This document shows, piece after piece, positions 27,904 to 37,482 of a stretch of DNA of 64,000 nucleotides; positions within the stretch are counted from its first letter, which is position 1, and every line of letters begins with the position of its first letter. The notes under the pieces are model-generated. The model searched no databases, had not been told where the DNA came from, and saw only the letters and a list, made by a program, of their open reading frames with translations. The position numbers and the translations under genes are program-made. Source of the stretch: a virus; the IMG/VR virus record IMGVR_UViG_3300046171_000110, positions 1 through 64,000 of that record, one strand, 5' to 3'.

Positions 27904-28901
27904 GCAGAAACTGGGCGGCATACGCTAAATCCACATACCAGTGGGAACCGGGACATGAGAAGATGCTCCGTATCACCAAGACTAGTCTTACTAGTGATTT
28001 TGACTTTTGTCCTAAGCAATATCAATACAAGCGAATACATCGGTTACCAGAGCCATCGACAGATGCGATGATTAAAGGTACAAATGTTCACGATGCCGTA
28101 GAAGAGTTCTATGACAACGCTATGCCGGTTGTAGAAGAATTGTTCAAACTCATGCAGAGAGATAAGCGAGAGGAAGCGTTGGCTTTGGCTCTTAGCATAC
28201 TATCTGAAAAAGAATACACTCTTGGTGAACAACCTATTATTGAAACAAGAATAAAGTGGGATTTGGAAAGGTTGCTTTCTGTCGGACCAGATAAGTATCT
28301 ACCAATCATGAACGAATTAGAAGTTCATGCGTTTGTAGATGAAGAGTTTGAGTTCAACGGAGAAATGGTACCTATACCTATACACTATGCGGGAAGTATT
28401 GACCGTGGTTTCAGCGAAGAAGAGGGCGGTATAGCCATCATGGAATTAAAGACAGGCAAATGGGTGCAATCCAAAAACAAAGACGACGAATGGAACGACT
28501 CCAAGTTCAAGATGCAGTCGATGAGGACAGAGATGGCTTACTATCAATACTTACTAGCCAAAGCAGAGCATCAGTATCAGAATGTAACGCACTGGGGCTG
28601 GGTCTATCCAGCAGGCTCAGGCGCTCAATTAGATACTTACAACAAATACGGATATGAACAGAGAGCAGTTGACCGAATCGTATACGAAGCGCTGAATACT
28701 AGAACAGTCAATACTTACAGAAAAAAGATTGAGAAACTCAAGGCGGCCTTACTTACGGCTTACTTGACAGATGATTTTCCAGCAAAGCCTAGTACGGCTA
28801 AGTGTGCATGGTGCTCTTTCAAGAGCATTTGCCCAAGTTGGGATGGGAGCAATAACCCACAAGAATATTTAGATGAATATGGAAGTGACAATGATGAATG
28901 A
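27900..28901 (+). CDS. Cas4/RecB-like PD-(D/E)XK nuclease with Fe-S cysteines
   Basis: FCPKQY, GTNVH, GSIDR, MELKTG and CAWCSFKSIC. Confidence 0.85.
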   Translation: MSRNWAAYAKSTYQWEPGHEKMLRITKTSLTSDFDFCPKQYQYKRIHRLPEPSTDAMIKGTNVHDAVEEFYDNAMPVVEELFKLMQRDKREEALALALSILSEKEYTLGEQPIIETRIKWDLERLLSVGPDKYLPIMNELEVHAFVDEEFEFNGEMVPIPIHYAGSIDRGFSEEEGGIAIMELKTGKWVQSKNKDDEWNDSKFKMQSMRTEMAYYQYLLAKAEHQYQNVTHWGWVYPAGSGAQLDTYNKYGYEQRAVDRIVYEALNTRTVNTYRKKIEKLKAALLTAYLTDDFPAKPSTAKCAWCSFKSICPSWDGSNNPQEYLDEYGSDNDE

Positions 28902-29148
28902 AGACATGATAGGAAGAACAATTGAGGTGCTTTTGTCACCTCTAGTCGACAGACCAGTAGATGCTACCTTTACTAAATTAGGTAAGGATAGAAAATACTC
29001 GGTGGCTATACAGACAAGTCTGTATGAGTTTGATGAAAGTGGTGGACCAAAAGGTCCTATGTACTTGAATTTGAACAAAGACTTGCTAAGAGATGTAGAC
29101 GACCTTGTTCAGACTTTGAGAGAAATAACTGAGAAAGCAAAAGCGTGA
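28891..29148 (+). CDS. Small protein with PIP-box-like QTSLYEF
   Basis: Coupled ORF in the replication operon. Confidence 0.65.
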   Translation: MMNEDMIGRTIEVLLSPLVDRPVDATFTKLGKDRKYSVAIQTSLYEFDESGGPKGPMYLNLNKDLLRDVDDLVQTLREITEKAKA

Positions 29149-29153
29149 TTTAA

Positions 29154-30257
29154 ATGAAGATTGTATTTGATTTTCCTAGGGAGGTGATGGAACTCAGCAC
29201 CGAGAAGGGTAAGGGTTTTAGAAAACTCGTTAGGTCAAATCAAGACTTAGAGAGATACTGGGCTGGTAAGAACGGTGTATCAAATGCCTTCATGACAGTG
29301 TATGGCTATCGAGGTTTACAACAACCGCACAACAAGCGTGTTGACTTGATGACACCGATAGTCAGGCATTTCGTTATGGACTTCGACCCTAAGAATTTCA
29401 GAGAAAGGGATAGGCCAGAAGTCGAGATAGAACAGGTTTTGGAACAGACACTAAAGTTACATTACTACTTGTTAGACAAAGACATATCTCACGCCGTATG
29501 GTACAGCGGCGGTGGGTTTCATGTATGGGTCATGCTTGACAAAGAGTACATGCCCAGTGGACCTAACAGCCTATCTGCCATCAAAGAAGCAGGTATGCAG
29601 ACAGTTAACGACTGGGTGATTGAACTAGGCTTGTTCTGTTCTGACCCAGCAGTTCCGTTTGATACAAGCGGTATGATAAGGATACCCAACTCATACAATG
29701 CAAAAAGAGGACTTTGGTCTATACCTTTGTCCACTAATGATATGGAAAGGGGTATAGATTACATCATGGATAAAGCCGAAGACGCTAAGGCTGGTATGAT
29801 ATCCTATGGTAGTCAAGGGTTAGAATTGACTGTTAGAAAGATAAAGGAGAGAAGTCAAATATTCAATCCTAACTCAACACCCATTGATTTACCAACAGCG
29901 TCCATGGATGGAGTAATCATACTACCCTGTCTAAACTCAGCGGCCTGTAGGATAGGTAGTAACCCTAGTCATGATGCAAGAGTACAACTTGCCAAATTCC
30001 TATCAAAACGCTTGAGATATTTCATGCCTGCTTGGAAGTTGACTGAGGAAAACAGAGCCAAGCATACCGAAATCATTGTAGACTACATTCGCTCACTTCA
30101 ATGGGCTGACTTCAATGAAAGCACTACCCGATACCAAGTAAGTACAATCATAGGTACAGATTACCCGCAGACTTGTTCCATGCTTTGGAAGAAAGGTATG
30201 TGCCTAGGTAAGTGCAGGTACTGGGATGGAACAGGTGCAATAACGGAGGAAGAATGA
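29154..30257 (+). CDS. Archaeo-eukaryotic primase, PriS fused to the PriL C-terminal (Fe-S) domain
   Basis: MDFD, YSGGGFHVW and DTSGMIRIPNSYN; LPCL, HDAR and TRYQV..YPQTC..C...C. Confidence 0.85.
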   Translation: MKIVFDFPREVMELSTEKGKGFRKLVRSNQDLERYWAGKNGVSNAFMTVYGYRGLQQPHNKRVDLMTPIVRHFVMDFDPKNFRERDRPEVEIEQVLEQTLKLHYYLLDKDISHAVWYSGGGFHVWVMLDKEYMPSGPNSLSAIKEAGMQTVNDWVIELGLFCSDPAVPFDTSGMIRIPNSYNAKRGLWSIPLSTNDMERGIDYIMDKAEDAKAGMISYGSQGLELTVRKIKERSQIFNPNSTPIDLPTASMDGVIILPCLNSAACRIGSNPSHDARVQLAKFLSKRLRYFMPAWKLTEENRAKHTEIIVDYIRSLQWADFNESTTRYQVSTIIGTDYPQTCSMLWKKGMCLGKCRYWDGTGAITEEE

Positions 30258-30496
30258 TGACACTATACTACTGCGAAATTTGCGAGGAGCGTGTCAGAGC
30301 CACCAAAAGCATGAGAGATAGATATGAGGGTATTGATGACCCAGTAATTATCTGTCAAATATGTAGATACAAGAAACTAGTCCCAAGAAATTTACTATGT
30401 ACACGCACTATCAAAAGTGGCCGTCTATGTAACGGTGTAAGATTTGATAGAAATATAGACAAGTGTGCACTATGCAGGAGGAAAGGATATGAGTAA
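30254..30496 (+). CDS. Zn-finger protein
   Basis: CEIC, CQIC and CALC. Confidence 0.7.
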   Translation: MMTLYYCEICEERVRATKSMRDRYEGIDDPVIICQICRYKKLVPRNLLCTRTIKSGRLCNGVRFDRNIDKCALCRRKGYE

Positions 30497-31199
30497 AGCA
30501 CCTTTGATAATCGATAGTAATGAAAGAGGCCCTTTGCATGACGCAGTCATTAGGGCTGCTGAGAGGCAGGGCTTTCCTATCAAGAAAGAACACCTCCAAG
30601 GGATGGGCGACTACAAAGCAGGCAATGCTCACATAGAGTGTAAGAGTCTCTCTGACCTATTCCAATCTAGTCACAGCGGTCACTTGATGAGACAGATTGA
30701 AAACCTAGATGCAAATTGCGAAAGAGTATTCCTTGTCGTACACGGTGACATAGCCAAGTATGTAGCGCTCTCAAAGAAACAAGGTAGAAATGTATCATAT
30801 TCCAAGGTCATGAATGAACTACTAGGTACATTCGCACGAATAATGGCTGACTTCGATTGTCACATATATCGTGCTAAAGACCATTCAGAAGCGGCTATGT
30901 TCATAGCCAAACTTCACAGCAAGATGCACAAGCCTGCGAGTAGGCATGGTGCAAGAGCAGTGACAAGAGTGAGCACTAATGATGTAAGGGCTGACATGCT
31001 GATAACCATACCCGGTTTCGGCCCAGATTTGGTAGACAAGTTGCTCGCTAAGTGCGGTTCTATAGAAGAAATGCTCTTCCCAGAATCGCTCAAACAAGTG
31101 AAAGGTATGGGAACCACTTTGAGGCAGAGGTTGCTTGAAGTCTTGACCTCGGAGGAACCAGTCAAAGTCCAAAAGACATACAACAAGAGAGGGAAATAG
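30489..31199 (+). CDS. XPF/ERCC4 structure-specific endonuclease with HhH motifs
   Basis: IIDSNER, GDY and IECKSLSDL; IPGFGP and VKGMG. Confidence 0.88.
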   Translation: MSKAPLIIDSNERGPLHDAVIRAAERQGFPIKKEHLQGMGDYKAGNAHIECKSLSDLFQSSHSGHLMRQIENLDANCERVFLVVHGDIAKYVALSKKQGRNVSYSKVMNELLGTFARIMADFDCHIYRAKDHSEAAMFIAKLHSKMHKPASRHGARAVTRVSTNDVRADMLITIPGFGPDLVDKLLAKCGSIEEMLFPESLKQVKGMGTTLRQRLLEVLTSEEPVKVQKTYNKRGK

Positions 31200-31201
31200 A
31201 A

Positions 31202-32641
31202 ATGATGGAACACAGAGCAGAGAACTATGAATGCGTACACAAATATCCTATATTGAAAGGTTACCTAGACCATTTCAATCAGGTGAGTAAGAATAATGAA
31301 ATACCGGGATTACTATCCTTTTTCTTTATTCTTGGACAAGCCTCAGTAGGGTATGTAAGAATACCAGTTGGAGGGAGTAACCTCGACCCCAGAGTCAGTG
31401 TATTCTGGATTCAAGACACTAGGACTGGTAAATCAGCGTCTTATCAGATTATAGAAAAGGTGTTGAAAGCGGCTGGCCTCAAGTCAGTTGACTACAATTC
31501 TGGTAACGATGCAGCATTAGTAGGTACATTAGTGCCGGACCCCGATTCAGAAGACCCAAGAAACCCTGATATGATGGTAAGAGAAGGTATACTCGGTGGT
31601 CGTAAGGGACTTAACTTCGACGAGGGTTCTGTCTTACTAAAGGGTGGACAGCACAATGAGAACACTACTTTGTTCTTACAATCTGCGTTAAACTCAGCAG
31701 GTACTGGTCGTAATATACTAACTAAGCACATGGCAAGAGATACATTCAGTGTCAAATCCGAGGTGTCTTTGTGGATTACTACATATCCTCCAAAGGGTAT
31801 CAAAGAGCATGTACTTGACAAGGGTATCTTTCAGCGTGTGCTGACATACTGGAGGCACTGGACTCTTGACATGAAGAGAGATGTTAATCACGAACTAGCA
31901 CAGTCAGTTCACAATAAGCCTGAATTTGAGGTATCATTTGACCAAGTATCAGATTTCTTTTCTGAATTGAAAACTAAACTTAGAGACAGGGTACTGAATC
32001 TTAGCGGGTTGTCTCATTTAGAATGGACAGATATGAATGAAGACGATAAAGAAACAACAGTCATGAGTGTAATGGACAGAATGTTCAAGATAGACGCATC
32101 CTATGTACCTGCTTTGATTTCGGCCATAGACGAATACTACACACTAGTAGAACCGATGGGTCCTGAAAAGCAGGGCATCTGTGCATCTTTCATCATGGGT
32201 CTACAAAACTACACCAATGTACTAGCGCATCACATGGCTATGATAGAAGGGAGTTGGACAGTGACTGGAGACCATGTAGATATGGCTAAGGAAATATTGT
32301 TTGACTTATATCAGAACCTTATCCAATGGCTAGAGTCAGAAGTCAAAGTCGGCTCTGGCGGCAGTGAAAAGAAGAAGATGGAAGGTCACTGGAAAGACGC
32401 TTACAACCGTTGTGAAAGATTTGACTTTGATGACCATCGAGGTGTCAACTGGGTCAAGAAAGCCGAGATGTACAAGGTGTTCGGTAACCTTGCTAATCTT
32501 AGCAGTAAGGGTTCTGTTAACGGTAAGTACAACGATTACGGGGCCAAAATGTTCAAAGAAACTAGAGAAGGTGTGTCCAAATATGTCAAACTTAGAGATG
32601 ACTACATAAGTAAATCTAAGCAAGACGGGGGCAAAAAGTAA
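31202..32641 (+). CDS. Divergent MCM-like AAA+ ATPase (probable replicative helicase)
   Basis: QDTRTGKS, AALVG, LNFDEG, ITTYPP, IFQR and VTGDHVDMA; no evident N-terminal Zn/OB domain. Confidence 0.65.
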   Translation: MMEHRAENYECVHKYPILKGYLDHFNQVSKNNEIPGLLSFFFILGQASVGYVRIPVGGSNLDPRVSVFWIQDTRTGKSASYQIIEKVLKAAGLKSVDYNSGNDAALVGTLVPDPDSEDPRNPDMMVREGILGGRKGLNFDEGSVLLKGGQHNENTTLFLQSALNSAGTGRNILTKHMARDTFSVKSEVSLWITTYPPKGIKEHVLDKGIFQRVLTYWRHWTLDMKRDVNHELAQSVHNKPEFEVSFDQVSDFFSELKTKLRDRVLNLSGLSHLEWTDMNEDDKETTVMSVMDRMFKIDASYVPALISAIDEYYTLVEPMGPEKQGICASFIMGLQNYTNVLAHHMAMIEGSWTVTGDHVDMAKEILFDLYQNLIQWLESEVKVGSGGSEKKKMEGHWKDAYNRCERFDFDDHRGVNWVKKAEMYKVFGNLANLSSKGSVNGKYNDYGAKMFKETREGVSKYVKLRDDYISKSKQDGGKK

Positions 32642-32796
32642 TGTCCTCTATTTGGGATTTTGAATGCGTATTCTGTGAATCTAAGATAGGAAAAGACATA
32701 GGGGGGTACTACATAGGAATGCACTGGAAGAACCCTGTGTTGGTGTGCGACTGGTGCAAAATGTGTATGGAGGATGTTGTATGTCAAACATGTTAG
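32641..32796 (+). CDS. Zn-finger microprotein, 51 aa
   Basis: TAATG overlap; CVFC, CDWC and CQTC; not in the ORF track. Confidence 0.6.
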   Translation: MSSIWDFECVFCESKIGKDIGGYYIGMHWKNPVLVCDWCKMCMEDVVCQTC

Positions 32797-33389
32797 CCTT
32801 AGATATTGAAACAGCAAATTTCTCTCATGAGATAGGCGGCTGGGGCCACAGTCATCTGTTTGAGCCAACCGTCGTTGCTACATGGGACGGTGAAAAGGGT
32901 ACAGTTTATTCTAATGAATCAGTATCTAAATATCTACCCGAAGGTACAATTGTCAAGAAAATGCATCCTAAGATTATTGGTGATGATTTGGCAGAACATG
33001 TAGCCAAAGGCGGCATGGTACTAGGTCACAATCTGAAAGGATTTGATTTGCCAATTATCCGAGACGCTCTTGATTGCTGGACTGCCGGGGATATCATGGC
33101 GAAGTCCCAAGAGCAAGTCTTTGACACATCCGTTCTGCTGAAAAACATAGTGGGTCACGCAGTACCCCTATCAGATGCTTGCTATCACACTTTGAACAAA
33201 GGTAAACTTATGAACAGTCACGATGCCCCGATAGAGTGGCGCAAGGGTAATTACAGCAAAGTCGCTGAGTATTGCCTGAAAGACGCTGAACTTGTATACG
33301 AACTTTGGAAGCATGGAGTAGAAGAAGGTATTGTGAAAGCAAGGTGCAGAAAAACAGGAGATGTCAAAGAGTACGAGGTGGACTGGTAA
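32781..33389 (+). CDS. DEDD/RNase H-like 3'-5' exonuclease
   Basis: LDIET, GHNLKGFDLP and YCLKD. Confidence 0.85.
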   Translation: MSNMLALDIETANFSHEIGGWGHSHLFEPTVVATWDGEKGTVYSNESVSKYLPEGTIVKKMHPKIIGDDLAEHVAKGGMVLGHNLKGFDLPIIRDALDCWTAGDIMAKSQEQVFDTSVLLKNIVGHAVPLSDACYHTLNKGKLMNSHDAPIEWRKGNYSKVAEYCLKDAELVYELWKHGVEEGIVKARCRKTGDVKEYEVDW

Positions 33390-33538
33390 TGTCAATGATA
33401 GTCTGCGAAGTATGCGAAAGAGATAATTGGTCAGGGATTAGATGCTCTAAGCATAGAGTATGTACTTCCTGTATAGATTCCATATTGGATGAATATTTTG
33501 AGAGGGAAAACAATGAGCGAACAAGAACAGAGCATTAG
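33389..33538 (+). CDS. Zn-finger microprotein
   Basis: TAATG overlap; CEVC...CxxH..CTSC. Confidence 0.55.
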   Translation: MSMIVCEVCERDNWSGIRCSKHRVCTSCIDSILDEYFERENNERTRTEH

Positions 33539-35010
33539 TGCAGTAGTGCACAATATAAGAGCAGCAAAGAGAACTGTCGGTACAGTGAAAACTACACTGG
33601 GTCCGATGGGGATGGACAAAATGATGGTAGACGCTGGTGGTAATGTGATAGTTACCAATGACGGTGCTACCATATTGCAGGAGTTAGACGCAAGTCACCC
33701 TGCCGCTAAGATGGTGGTTGAGGCCGCCAACACGCAAGAAAGTATGTGCTATGATGGCACTACGAGTACAGTAGTCTTAGCAGGCGAACTACTGGGTAAC
33801 AGTGAACTCCTGTTCAACAAAGGCCTACACGCCAATGTAATCTGTAGGGGTTACAGACAGGCATCTAGGTGGACTACAGAACATCTTGAGACACTTAAGG
33901 TAGATGCCAAAGACCATCTACAGAATGTGGCTAAGACTTCAATCACAGGGAAAGCGCTTGAATCTAGCATCGAGCATGTAAGTGCTTTGTGTGTAGAAGC
34001 GGTTGAGAAAGCCGGGGGAGAGTTTGAACGAATCCGTGTTCTTTGTCAACCCGGTGGTAGCCTAGACGATTCATCATGCTTTAGTGGCGTAGTTCTCCAT
34101 AAGGAGTTCATGCTACCTGCTATGCCTATGAAACCAAACGGCAAGGCTATACTCGTCAACACTAGTCTGAGTGACAGTAAAAGCGATGACAATGTTCAAC
34201 TGAGTTTAGGCTCGGCTGCTGAATATCAACAGTACAAGCGACAGACTGGTCGTGACAACTGGGTCGAGAAGGCGCAACAAATCATCAGTATGCTACCGGA
34301 TGGCGGTATCGTGTTCGTCAGAGATAGCGTGAACGAAGTAGTTGCAGCGACACTAGCAAAACAAGGCATTTCTTTGGTTCATAGAGTTCCTGAAAGTGAC
34401 ATGACCGCTTTGTCCAAACTACTCAATACTACGATAGCCCACACTACAGAAGACCTACAAGAGGCTGTAGAGTGCGATGCAGAGTGCAAGACTATCGGTG
34501 ACATGAAGTATGTTGTAGTCAAGGGTGAAGGAGAAGTTACAACACTTATCCTAAGAGGTGCTACTAAGCAAACTCTCGATGAAACTGAGCGCGGCTTTGA
34601 AGACGCACTGGGTGTGGTCTGCTTGGCTTACACCACTCTAGGCGTAGTGCCCGGTGGAGGTTCTGCTTATCTAAATGCGGCCCTTACATCTAAGACAAAG
34701 GGCTGCGGAAGCAGGTGGTAGAGAGCAGATGGCTATCGATGCATTTGCTGAGGCTCTTGAGTCTATACCTGCCACTATTGCTGAGAATGCAGGACATGAC
34801 CCATTAGATACTGTATTGACTCTAAGAAACGAACACCAACAAGGTAACAGCGACGCTGGTCCAGATATAGAGAATGGTGGGGCTTGTTCCATGGTAGAAG
34901 CCAATGTATGGGAGCCACTTGACCTAGTCAAGCAAGCAGTACAGTCTGCTAGTGAAGTCACCATCAGCATACTAAGGATAGACGATATCGTAGTAAAGCG
35001 TGGCGAGTAG
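33513..35010 (+). CDS. Group II chaperonin (thermosome) subunit; frameshift near 34683
   Basis: TTLGPMGMDKM, TNDGATIL, DGTTS, LRG..LDETER and VPGGG; continues as AFAEALESIP..LAEN-like..EP..VK..ILRIDD in the next frame. Confidence 0.92.
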
Positions 35011-35011
35011 A

Positions 35012-35563
35012 ATGGATGATGACATCCCTACAATTGAAGTACATCTACGACATCTTAGTCCTGATGAAATGGATGATTATAGTTCTCTTAGCCATTTCAT
35101 AAAACTTTATGACCAATTCAAAGAAGAATTACACGCTGAAAACATAATAGAGAGTTTTACAATACCCGGAGAATTCTATTTCATTGTAGAGTCTGTTGAC
35201 GCACATTATGACGATGGTGAAATCGAAGGTGAAGATAATTACTTAGGGTTCATAGTGGTAACTCCTCGTCGATTTGGAGAACAATGTATAGAGTTTATTT
35301 GGATAAAGCAAGACTTCAGAAGAAAGGGTTATGCCACAGAAGCAATCAAACTTTTACAGATTGAAAAGTTAGATGTTCCTTGGTATGACTATGCTCCCAC
35401 AGAAGAATCAAAAGAGTTTTGGAAAACTACTGGACTTAAGCCTATGCTCATAAAAAATGAGAAAGGTCATTTAGAATTTTGCGAAGAAGCGAAATTAAAA
35501 AACGATTACACTAATGAAATGAGAAGACAGGCTTTTTTGAAAATGATGGAGGGGGATAAATGA
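35012..35563 (+). CDS. GNAT-family acetyltransferase
   Basis: IWIKQDFRRKGYA acetyl-CoA motif; EFWKTTG. Confidence 0.75.
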   Translation: MDDDIPTIEVHLRHLSPDEMDDYSSLSHFIKLYDQFKEELHAENIIESFTIPGEFYFIVESVDAHYDDGEIEGEDNYLGFIVVTPRRFGEQCIEFIWIKQDFRRKGYATEAIKLLQIEKLDVPWYDYAPTEESKEFWKTTGLKPMLIKNEKGHLEFCEEAKLKNDYTNEMRRQAFLKMMEGDK

Positions 35564-35655
35564 GACTATGCTCAAAAAGAGGCTGTTTCAATCTAGCCCA
35601 TCGAGGATTTAGATACTGCTTAGCGTGCCTCCGTGGAAAAGAAGAGGAAGAGTGA
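35560..35655 (+). CDS. Cys-rich microprotein, 31 aa
   Basis: MRLCSKRGC...YCLAC; last gene on the + strand. Confidence 0.5.
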   Translation: MRLCSKRGCFNLAHRGFRYCLACLRGKEEEE

Positions 35656-35663
35656 CCACTCAA

Positions 35664-36008
35664 CTATCTTCTATTCTTTATTCTACGGACTAATGCTGGG
35701 ATATCAGCGACTGGCTCCTTAACTCTATTCATGTATGTAGCAAAGCCCTTGGATTCAGGTAATTTGCCTTGCCCGCCATAGGATTGAGATTGTACCATAT
35801 GCCCATATGGTCTATACTCTTCTTCATAGAGTTGAGGAAAGTCTTCTGGTGTGATATCACCAAAAGGTCTCACTTCTGGATTAAGAAGCCTACTTTGTGC
35901 ATCATCTGATACGGGTAAAGTATTGAATCTATAAATAGGAGCAGGTAAATTCTCTTGCGCTTGCATTGATTTTAAAATGGCCCAAGCGTCATTAAATGCC
36001 CTGCCCAT
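35664..36008 (-). CDS. Hypothetical protein with N-terminal AFxxAWxILKS peptide
   Basis: MGRAFNDAWAILKS resembles MSGAFEQAWLLLKS of 13321-14157. Confidence 0.75.
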   Translation of the reverse strand: MGRAFNDAWAILKSMQAQENLPAPIYRFNTLPVSDDAQSRLLNPEVRPFGDITPEDFPQLYEEEYRPYGHMVQSQSYGGQGKLPESKGFATYMNRVKEPVADIPALVRRIKNRR

Positions 36009-36038
36009 AACACTCCTAAGCGTTTAGATGAGATAAAC

Positions 36039-36296
36039 TTATCTTCCTAACTTCTCAGCCATTTGTCTGAGATAACGGGACAAGCGACCATTGGCCTTCT
36101 TGGACAAGGGTTCAGCCTTGCGCTTACGAACACCCTTGAATCCAAGTTGGCCGTGGAACCTTATGTAGCCACAGAAGGAACACTCGTGTAATACCACAGG
36201 CTCACCTGTCAGGTATTTCCCTGAGATTGTCAAAGGTAGTGAGAGTCTGTTACAGTTCTCGCACTTATGCCTAAGCATCTCTACTAGTCTACCCAC
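36039..36296 (-). CDS. Basic Zn-ribbon protein
   Basis: CENC...CSFCG; GTG start just after the upstream stop. Confidence 0.65.
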   Translation of the reverse strand: MGRLVEMLRHKCENCNRLSLPLTISGKYLTGEPVVLHECSFCGYIRFHGQLGFKGVRKRKAEPLSKKANGRLSRYLRQMAEKLGR

Positions 36297-36300
36297 AACA

Positions 36301-37482
36301 TCAACCCTTGAACAACAGATGCCAGTCAGTGCCATCATAGACGAACCTCGCATATTGGCCGTTGGTTATATCAACGACGGCTGCCGCTGCGTTGTTGGTC
36401 TTAGCAGTGAACTTAGTGTCAAAAGAACCAGCGGTAGATATGTTCCTGACTTCTATGATATGCCCAGATGGGAAATCACCACTAGGAGTAAGTGTAGCGT
36501 CTGCACTACCACCGTTTGGATTTACTAAGAAAACATTTTCTTGGTCAAAGGTAAACGATACATTGGCTGTTAAAATAGATATTCTGTTTGGACCAAGCAC
36601 TACAGTTTCTGTAGAAGGAGTAGAGTGGACATTTCTAGGTATACCAGCGTAGATTACACCATGCTTTCCACTCGACCTATCTTCCCTATGACTATGCCAA
36701 ATACCAGCAAAAGGACTGCCTCCAAAGTCTCCGTTTTCAGGTGACGCAAAGAAGCCGTCTAAATCAGCAGCAGAGTTTACAGCGTTTGCTGTAGTCACAT
36801 CTCCTATTGCTCCATCGGTCATAGGGGTCAGATACAGTGGACTGTTCCTCAAGAATGCCCTTCTGTCAAAGATGGTAGCATTTGCGCTCAGTGAAGCGTT
36901 GATGTTAGCCGCACCACCAGTTACGGTGTATCTCAATACCGCTAGTACAGTTGAGTTGTGGTTCAAATCAGTGTTCGTTGTGATACTTGGGTCTGATAAG
37001 AAGCGGTTGGGAATCAAAGGTGTACCCGCAGAAGCGGTGACTGGAGTTCCCATCTCATACATGAGGTGGGCTTCTGGTGAACTTCTACCAACCAAATAAA
37101 TGACAACGAATACTTCACCACTTGAACTAGGTACGCTAGGTAGGTCGCCAGAAAAGTTAGTACTGGTGCCTATGGTGAATGCCTCTGTGCTTGCTGGACC
37201 GTTAGCGAACTTGTACATGATTCCATCAAGTACACAATAACCACCGTTGATAGTAACTACGCCACCACTTGATACTGTAACGAAACCGGGTGTACCTGTT
37301 ACGATACTGTTTCTCAAAGAGTCACCAGCAGCCCCGTCACCTAATCTGACGATACCGTTGCCATGCAACCCCTCGTAAAGATTGGTAAGACTAGGACTGG
37401 TAAGTCCGTCACCGTCTCTTAGTCCCTGTGAATTTGCACCGTAGCCTGTCGCACTTGTATGGCCTGCTTTTGGATTGGTCAT
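36301..37482 (-). CDS. Virion structural protein (tail fibre/baseplate-like)
   Basis: Gly/Ser/Thr-rich; C-terminal FVYDGTDW; in the late operon. Confidence 0.7.
   Translation of the reverse strand: MTNPKAGHTSATGYGANSQGLRDGDGLTSPSLTNLYEGLHGNGIVRLGDGAAGDSLRNSIVTGTPGFVTVSSGGVVTINGGYCVLDGIMYKFANGPASTEAFTIGTSTNFSGDLPSVPSSSGEVFVVIYLVGRSSPEAHLMYEMGTPVTASAGTPLIPNRFLSDPSITTNTDLNHNSTVLAVLRYTVTGGAANINASLSANATIFDRRAFLRNSPLYLTPMTDGAIGDVTTANAVNSAADLDGFFASPENGDFGGSPFAGIWHSHREDRSSGKHGVIYAGIPRNVHSTPSTETVVLGPNRISILTANVSFTFDQENVFLVNPNGGSADATLTPSGDFPSGHIIEVRNISTAGSFDTKFTAKTNNAAAAVVDITNGQYARFVYDGTDWHLLFKG

Noticed and set aside
27900-28901. CRISPR-Cas system
   Set aside because: A solo Cas4-like nuclease in a replication operon, with no other cas genes or array.
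34680-34686. Split or pseudogenised thermosome
   Set aside because: A single extra C in a short run; both halves are well conserved, so an error is more likely.
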